From positions 9,672,001 to 9,736,000 of the forward strand of contig CM119376.1 in the NCBI GenBank assembly GCA_051294905.1: a DNA stretch of 64,000 bases, given 5' to 3'. Source of the DNA: Botryllus schlosseri (lineage: Eukaryota). Shown here piece after piece: positions 52,301-61,300 of the stretch (the stretch's first letter is position 1; every line of letters begins with the position of its first letter). Under the pieces are notes generated by a model, which was not told where the DNA came from, ran no database searches, and saw only the letters and a program-made list of their open reading frames with translations. A program made the translations under genes and the position numbers.

Positions 52301-55300
52301 GGAATTGGTCTGAAGCCACAGTGCCGCTTGGGCAATAATAACCAGGTGGACAAAATCCAGTGACACCCGACTCTCCTCCTGAAACAAAAAATCTGAATTG
52401 TAAGCTGACTTCGACTTAAAGATTCATCGCCAATTATACCTGAGCAATAAAATCCAGGATCGCATATTGTGCAATCTGTTAATTTCTCGTTGTCCGTACG
52501 GTTCGAGTAGGTGCCCGGTGGACAAGCGTAACGTGTTGGAAATGGGGTGAACATTGGACAGTAATGACCCGGCTGGCATGGATATGGATTCGCTGCAACA
52601 GGAGGGTCTCGAAGAGTCATTCAGGAGACCGGATGGTTAATCACGGATCCATATATCAAACAGAAAAGCATAACAAAACCATTATAGTATGTCAATGGAG
52701 CATTGTGATATGGTGAATTCTAACTAGCGCCCTTCCTGTCCTGCTAAGAACAATATAACAATCGAGCTGGCAAAATTTCATGCCAAATATGATAGTGAGT
52801 GTTCAGAAAACACAGCCTATGCGAAGGAAGACAATTTCAATTACAGAAAACCGAAATCTCGAAGCTTTATGACATGAAAATATCTTGAGATCTAACACTA
52901 TTGCCACCAGAATGTATAATACAGGATGTGTGAAAATAATTCTGATTTGTTCGGAATGAATGAAGACAGGCTGTGAGCAACATCTATTTGAGACATTGCA
53001 ATACTGACGACCTTCTAACGCTCTTACACGGGCAATCAAACAGTTCCATTACATTACCTGTTCCCAGCGTACAATAGGACCCGGCTGGGCAAGGATAACA
53101 CTCATCCGACCTGGTGAGATTGGTCAAATCCGTATATCGACCTGGTTGACAAGGGTAAGTGGACGGATATGCGGTCCCCAGTGGACAGTAATGACCCTGT
53201 AACATGAAATTGATGAGTTTTGGGAAAATGCAAAATTCACAAGACTCTTTAATAAAGTTGGCCCAATTAAAATTTATATAATATTATCATCATTTCACCT
53301 GATCACAATCCCCATTTGGGCTCTCAAGGCCAGATACGTTGCATGATCTTCCAGGGTCGCATTCAACACAACTCAATAAATCGATACTCCGGTTTTGGGG
53401 GTTATAACTCCCGGGCGGGCATTCCAATGGAGTGATGGACGGCGTGTTAGCACTACCGTAAGGACAATAATGTCCAACGGGACACGTCTCACATTCTGTC
53501 GCGTCTAAAATAAAAAGATGCCATGAATGACGCTCTCTCATATCCAGTGGCGATCAGTAGCCAATTATACCCACTATTTTGTAGTACCAAGGCACATATT
53601 GTCTAGTTCCATTAATAGCAGAATGTGACGAATTACACGATTTTACAATCAATTACATCACAATAATAAATAATTACATTCGTACGTCTGCAATTACAAT
53701 AACTAATACGATAAATACCTGGAATAACATTTACAACTGCTTCTCAATTATTTGACCCAAGTAGAACTATACATTCTTACGTTTCTAAATCATATTACAT
53801 TTCAATTACTTAAAAATTATGGCCAACTAATTTCACTGTATTTTTAATACCTGTCATGCTTGTCAAAAAGATCGCACACTCGCAGACCCCTGGTCTAAAT
53901 CTCCAACATTCTTACATGCAACTATACATAATTCTATTTGAACAAATACACTGGCTAATACTTTTATACAACAAATACCGACAAATATTCTTTCACAACA
54001 TCACAATTGAGTGTTAAGAAGGACCCAAATCTAGAAGTTGGAAAATTCCTGTGCTATCTTGAGTTTCTAAGTTATTAAAACCAAAATCAAATTTTACAAA
54101 GAAACAAAACCATCAATCTTACTAGTCAATCCATTGCTACCGGTGAAAGTACCACCGGGACAAGGGTTGCGAAACGCAGTCGTTTGACCAGCCACACAGT
54201 AGAATCCAGGCTCACACGGCTCGGGAACTGAAGATCCCTCAGTGCAGTAAAAACCAGCCGGACATATCGTACAATCGTTCTCACTGCCCACGCCAGTACT
54301 GTCGTTGTAAGTACCGCCTAAAAATGAGAAATAAAGTAATACTGTCCAATAGAGTGGGTGAGTTTCCGCTATACCTGGGCATGGATATACTCGTGGTCTA
54401 GTCGTTCCTTCGAGACAGTAATATCCGGCTGGACACTCGGTTGAATTACCGGAAGTCGCGCCTCTGCCTAAGCAGTAATACCCGGCATGGCATGGAATGC
54501 AATCTAGCTGACTGGTTCCACCTTCTCTGTCATTATAAGTTCCAGCTGGGCAAGGGAACGCATCTTTACCATCACACCAATTTCCGGGTTCGCAAACATC
54601 GTCCGGAGGATTTGGAATTTCAGCGCCATTCTGAAGAAGGAAATAGATACTGAACGGTTACAACTTGAGATTTTAAAAAGTGTTTTACCGAGCATGTATA
54701 TCCGGGACTGCAGGGCTGGCAAATCACCGACGAGTTGAGCGAAAACGTGCCGTCCGTGCATAATACTGGTGCTATAGTAGGGTTGGAACACTCTGATCCG
54801 GCCGGACACGCGGTGCAATTCGCATTGCCCTGTAAATAGTGATGTCGTAAAGACTTCACGACCTTTTACATGTCGGCTACCTAAGAATGGACTCCAATAT
54901 TTTAAATGCTATTGTTGCTTCAGATAAGACTTGAATTACTAGACTGATCGGAAACTATTAAACCTTTCAAGTACACTGCAACATTATGAAGTATTGAAAT
55001 GAAACGATTGATTGCGATTGACAAAAGATTTATGACTTGATAATGTGACATTCATTAGGCATGACGGCAATATTATAAGAAAAGATTCATCAATGGTGAG
55101 AATACATAGGTTCGAGTTTACGTTGCTCGATAATTCACAGGTAACAACAGAAAAATTAACAATAGGTAACTCTACTCTATGGTAAACTACGAAAAAAGCA
55201 GGCAGATTTATATATTGAAACCAAATTTTCCAAGCCTCTATTCATGAATTGAAATCAAATGAAACAATCACACACTAATGCATTTGTTACATACTTGGGT

Positions 55301-58300
55301 ATCAGCGTAATATCCTGGGGCGCATGGAACAGGCGCTGCTATCGCTGACGCGCACTGATGGCCTTGAGGACATTCTGTACAAGCGATTTGACCTCCAAAT
55401 GAATAAGAACCAGGGTTGCAAGGTGTCCTTGAACAAAGAACATATACGTCAAACACACAACATGTCCATGTCTAACTTAATGCTCAATACCCTTCTTCAT
55501 CCACTTTATCTGGACATTCATAACCTGCCGGGCATTGGAGACATATGGAGCGATTTCCAGCGGATGTATATCCATCTGGGCAGTCGAACATTGTGTCATC
55601 GTCGGTAGACGGGCAGAATCTATTGAAATAGTTTGAAGTGTACACATATCAGCCGTAACTACTAGAATAAGGTTTGTATATGAATTTTATTCCAAAATGT
55701 CGTCTATCTCAGTCGTGGACAACGTCTAGTCTGTAAGGAGTTCCTTACTGGTCCCCGAAAAGTATGCATACTTTGCAAGTAACATGAATTTTTAGAATTA
55801 GGCACCATATAGTAAATATATAGTGTATGACCGGTTACCGGTGATTTCAGGACTTTGGGAATCGGCACTCGGCAGTCCGTAATCTTAATTCAAAGTTACC
55901 AGACCCTGAAACCTAACCCTGACACCTAATGGCAAATTCACCAAGTGCCAAATGGGCTGCAATAAATTTTCAATGCTCATTTACGGTTTGCTAAGCAGAC
56001 TTGGACAACTAGAAAATTCTAGTAGTCTAATTCCCCTAAATTAGAGCAAAATGCCAGTAATCTAATTTTAATCTAATTTGTGAAATGTTTCTATGCTGCA
56101 TTTTCAATTCTAATCTAATTTATTGTTTTCCTAAAAATGCCCCTTTGTCCGCGGCATTTTGCAGCGAATTAACAAGAATATATCTCACGCGAAGGGAAAT
56201 CAAGTGCCAAGCCGTCATTGTATTATATGCACCGTACAGTCATAGTAGATAATGTGACGAATAACAAGCTAGCCTGCTAGCATAGTAGCTTGTAGACTGC
56301 GAACAACATCCTACTTTTTAAAACTTTACGTTAGTACAACGCTGTACTTAGTAGTAGCTTATTTTGCAATAACAACAATAATTGGAAACTGAAATCAATT
56401 TTAGAATTTCAAAATGCTTTACTTCACGTTCTTCCAAAATCACAAATCAGATCGCTGGCTGCGATTGCGGTGACACTGCCTAGCTTGGTGTACAGACGTT
56501 AACTATTGTCATGGTTATGGGAATGCAATTTGATTTGAACTGATTTTTGCTGCATTTATTTTCTAATCACAATTTCATTCAATTTCCAAGAGATTGCGAA
56601 TTCAGCGATTCTAATGCTAATTCCAAGCCAATTTGGAAAAAATTGTGTAGCTCTAATTCTAATTCTGATCTACTTTGGAAAAACTTGTGTGGATCTAATC
56701 CTAATTCTAATCTAATTCGGAAAAGATGAAATTTTTCTAGCTGTCCAAGTCTGTTGCTAAGCACCAAATTGAGGTGCTTCTGATACAAAAAATACTTTCC
56801 AGAGAGAGTCCACTATGAGACTTACTTTCCTTCCGGGCACGGTTCGCACGAGCTTTGGCCAGCGACCGAATAGCTACCAGTAACACATTTGTAGGAGTCT
56901 GATCTTGTATCAGTGGACGGACACGCAAAACCAGCGGGACATTCAGTACAAGCAACAGCGCCTCCTTGACTGTAACTACCATCCGGGCACGGATCAGCTG
57001 CAACATTCAATATGCAACAATCTCATAGGTATTAGTAACAGCAAAACGTTACGTGGCGCATTGGCAGATGGGCATTCGCTTCCTGCCGGACAGGGTTCGC
57101 ATTCGGGGCTATTCTGTTCCGAGTATGTGCCTGGTGGGCATGGTATAACGGCGCTTCGACTGAATGCAAACAGTGTTATTGAAGAGACAATGAAATAATA
57201 CTATTCCATATTACTCTGTGTAAGGGCAGTAAAATCCTTCTGCGCAAGTACTGCAACTGGTGGCTCCTCCGCTGGAATAAGTACCATTAGAGCATTGAGG
57301 TCCTAAGGCGGTTTTCGTGGGGCATTCATAACCGGGTGGGCATCTTGTGCAGGAAATCGCTCCGGACATGTCGCTATAAAAGCCTGTAAAAGGGAAAAAT
57401 CACAGGAAATGAAAAGCCAATTAGGATTGAGTAGTGTTATCATATCTGACTTCAACTGTAACACGAAGACATACGCCCACAGCCAAATGCTTGACGTTAT
57501 CCTTGCATCTAACATGGTTTATATAACCAGCAAAGTTCTACTGGTTTTCAAGCAAGCTTGACAGGCATTTTGATTTGTTGATTATCCGATCAAGAATTGC
57601 ATCATACAATATGTCAATCCATTTTATGCAATTGATACATTAATTTTTAACCTCTGTTAACCATCCAAGTATGCACAAAAGATCATTGAGAGAATCACCT
57701 TGTTGACAGTCGAGCGGGCTAGTAGCGCTGGGATCTGGACAATACTGCCCAGGTACACAAGGTTCGCATGTGCCGGCATTGTCATATTCCCCGTACTGAC
57801 ATGTTGTTGAGCCTACCGCAAGAGTGCATCCGATGAACGTATCTGGAAATATTTAAAATAAATTTTACTATTCCGCCGTCAGAAACGGAAGTGTGCTAGT
57901 ATTTCACTTATCTGTAGAACTACAAAATTCTGATTAGTGAATTGATTCCAATTATGATGGAATAAAATGCTGCACAGGCTACAATGTTTGCGCTGTCTTA
58001 GGACAATGGTCTGCTAAATACATTTATCTTTCTATCTGGATTGTTAAAAACATAAGCTGTATGATACTAACGCTAGCAGTCACTAAAATTCAACAATCGA
58101 TAGCTAGCTATTTAAGGGGGCACTTCTCTTTAGAAATAATTTTTTTGTGTTTTTTTTTTCTTCATCGATCTAGAACGGAAATTTCACGCTCTTTCCAAAT
58201 ATGTCATTATTTTTATGATATTCCAACTCCTTCTTATCCAAAACTAGTTTCTTTTGGGGACCATTTTATAAAAAAAAAAGAATTACAGCCCAATTTTTGC

Positions 58301-61300
58301 TGCAGTCGTGTTCATTCTAATCCAACATTCGCCTTTGCTGGGAGAAATAGCGCCATCTGGTGAAATCTATGCTGTAGAGCTCGAAATGAGTGTTCTAGTA
58401 TAGTTCTAGCCAGTCTGCCTTCATAAACTTGGCTGCTTCCCAGATTCAGTAAGCAGGCGAGTTGAGGCTGTTTTTTTCATTTCTTTTTTGATTTGTTGAC
58501 TGATAACTGACAATATTGGGTAGTATTTATTGTTTGCTTATAAATAAGTGTTCTAGCATGTCTGCTTTCATATACTTGGCTGCTTCATTGATTCAGTACC
58601 AAGGAAATGGTCCAGATGGGGGTTGTGTGTTGTCCTATTTCATCTTTTTTTATTCATTAACTGCTGACTGACAATATTGGGTAGTATGTATTGTTTTTTG
58701 ATAACTGTTTTGGATTGGTTTTCATTTCTAGCTATCAATATGCCTAGAATGAGTCGATCAAGGAAATTTAGAGTTTTAGAAGAATCTTTGAAATGGAAAG
58801 ATGCATTGGTGGATTCACCAAAACCCAAAATGAGTCATTCGTTGCGACCATAGGGCCAAGGTGCCTGAAGAAAAGGTACTTATGAACTATGGCAGTAAAA
58901 CGTGCTGTAGCTATGTCCGTACTGAACTGGAATATTGGATGCAGTGTATACTTGAGTGTTCTTGAAAGCCTAAACTTGCCAGTGAACACGTTCACAAAAA
59001 TGGAACTGGTTTGAAGCGAAAAAAAAGACAGACTGCATCTCGACGCTCTCTCGCTGTGAAAAATTTAAAGAGTTCAAGAGTCCTTAGACACATCAGACTA
59101 TGTGCCTGGCGGCTATTAATGCTCAGGTTGTGTTATATATGGTTCAATGTGTGATGCAAATCAACTAATGTGGCCATTGATGTCATGATCAGTGTTCATA
59201 TCCTTGTTTTTCGAAGTTATTGTAGTTTTAATTTTTTAAACGCGTTTTTCTCAAAATATACTTTTTCTGCACAAAAATTGTATCTGCTCGGCACCTGCTT
59301 GTCCGATTCATCTGAAATTTTGCACAAATGATGGTTAGGGTACGTATAATAAAATAATGGAGCGTTTTCTCAAAATTTTGTCCAGAAAAATTTTTACAGG
59401 GGAAAGAATCTTGAAAAAAATGAAAATTTAGGGTTCGCTGACAAAAATTTAATAAATTTTGTTAGAAAACCTTTTTTTGAAAATCCCTCCATTATTTTGT
59501 AGGTATATACCTGTACTATTACTACAACAATATTTGAAGGAAAATCTTGACAGACTTTTGAGTTTTTAGGATTTTTAATACGCGTGTTCAATATTTTCAT
59601 GTTTTTTTGAGTAAGTGTACCGATGGGGTACATGCTCATGGTACAACATAAAGACCATATTTGGAAAGGAAATTTCCTGCCCTTTCCAGCAATGTATGAA
59701 TCATGGGGCTCGCATCTACCTTTGGGAATTTATGACTACAAACGTGAACACCTAAAAAAATCACTTTTAAAGAGAAGTGCCCCCTTAACAGAAAGCAAAG
59801 TCTTGACCAACACAAAATAAAACTTCCCGGTAATGTATTAGATGATGTCTCAATGCTGGATCAATCCAGGTAAATTGCGGTATATTAGACCAGGATCAAT
59901 TATTGAGAGAGTGAGAGAGAGAGAGAGTTAATCAAGTGTCCACATAAAATTAGAAAACAATACCAGAATGATTAGGCTGGACATCAACAACACTTGAAAC
60001 ACATAGAGTGGCCTAATGGCTTATTGCAAGCAGCCGATTTCTGAAAAATATGAAACGACCTTTGCTTAATAAGGAATACCTCAACCATGTCGTTTTACAC
60101 CTGACTTTTCGAGGCTGCACAATCCAATAATCTCCATATCCACTGCATCTGCTGCACAAAAGCATAATGAATCAGCATCACCTCTCTCTACATTTAATTA
60201 ACCCCCATGTAATCACCGCACTTGCCTGGTCACTCTCGGCAATAAGCCAATTACAAGCCAGAAAAAATTCATTATCGATAATGATTGGAGCCAAGCTATA
60301 GTAAGATGACATATAAAATTCCTAAACATCAATCTTCTTCACTAAGCTATTTTTCAATGTAACACTAACTGCTGTCCTTCTTTGCAAAATCTAGCCCATA
60401 ATCCTATCCTGATGGCAAGTTTCTCAAATTCCATACAGCTAACATTTATTTTAGCAAACTACAACCTTGTACTACAACTATATTACAAACAATTGACAAA
60501 CTGACAATGAGTTTGCAATCAATTGAGTACCATGCTGAAAGGCAGGATTTGAATGCCTAAAAGTATTGAGGATTCATTTTATTGCACACCCGAGCACAAT
60601 CTTACCAGAAAGCCCACAAACGGAGCAAAATCTTTGCCCACCAAATGAATAATTGCCAGTCCCACAGGATATGGCAGATGTAAAATCGGGGCATTCGTAG
60701 CCAGCGGGACAGGTGATACAATTTACGCTCCTCCCTGTGCTGTATGTTCCTGAAATTTTGAAGGTGTTTTTACTTAATGCTAGTGATAAGGCAAAGGTAG
60801 TAGCATAGCTGCCTTTTCTGTCCTTTAATCATACATAATATGTCTTACCTCTTTCAAATCCAAGTCATTTAAATGCTGAAGCTCAGAGACCCAGAAGTCT
60901 TAGGGGTAGGATTGTGACATATTCATGTGAGTGTGAAATTTGAGTCTGTTGGGCCAGAGTCAGATGAAGCAGTCAAAACACTATCTGCATTACATTTTGC
61001 CATATTGCCCAAATTATACTCATACTTGTTTTACTTATTTTTACTCACTCACTGTTTGTACAGTGTAAACGATTGCTGTTTAGCGGTGTCTAAAATTTCA
61101 TCACAAATTTTGGGGCTTGAATGTATCAGAGCAGAGCACAATAAAAGATTTTAGCTCGAAATTCTCATTTGAGTCTATTTTATAGCCTACAAATCGATGA
61201 TAGAGAGATAGAGAATTCAGTCAAAACGGTCAGTGTATTTCGGATTAAAATTGACAAACACTATTAAACCTGAACATCATCATGTGACTTGACTTTGTAA

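Noticed and set aside
59950-60430. Protein-like minus-strand reading fragments in the intron
   Set aside because: Multiple stops and frameshifts, no recognisable motif; cannot be supported without a search.
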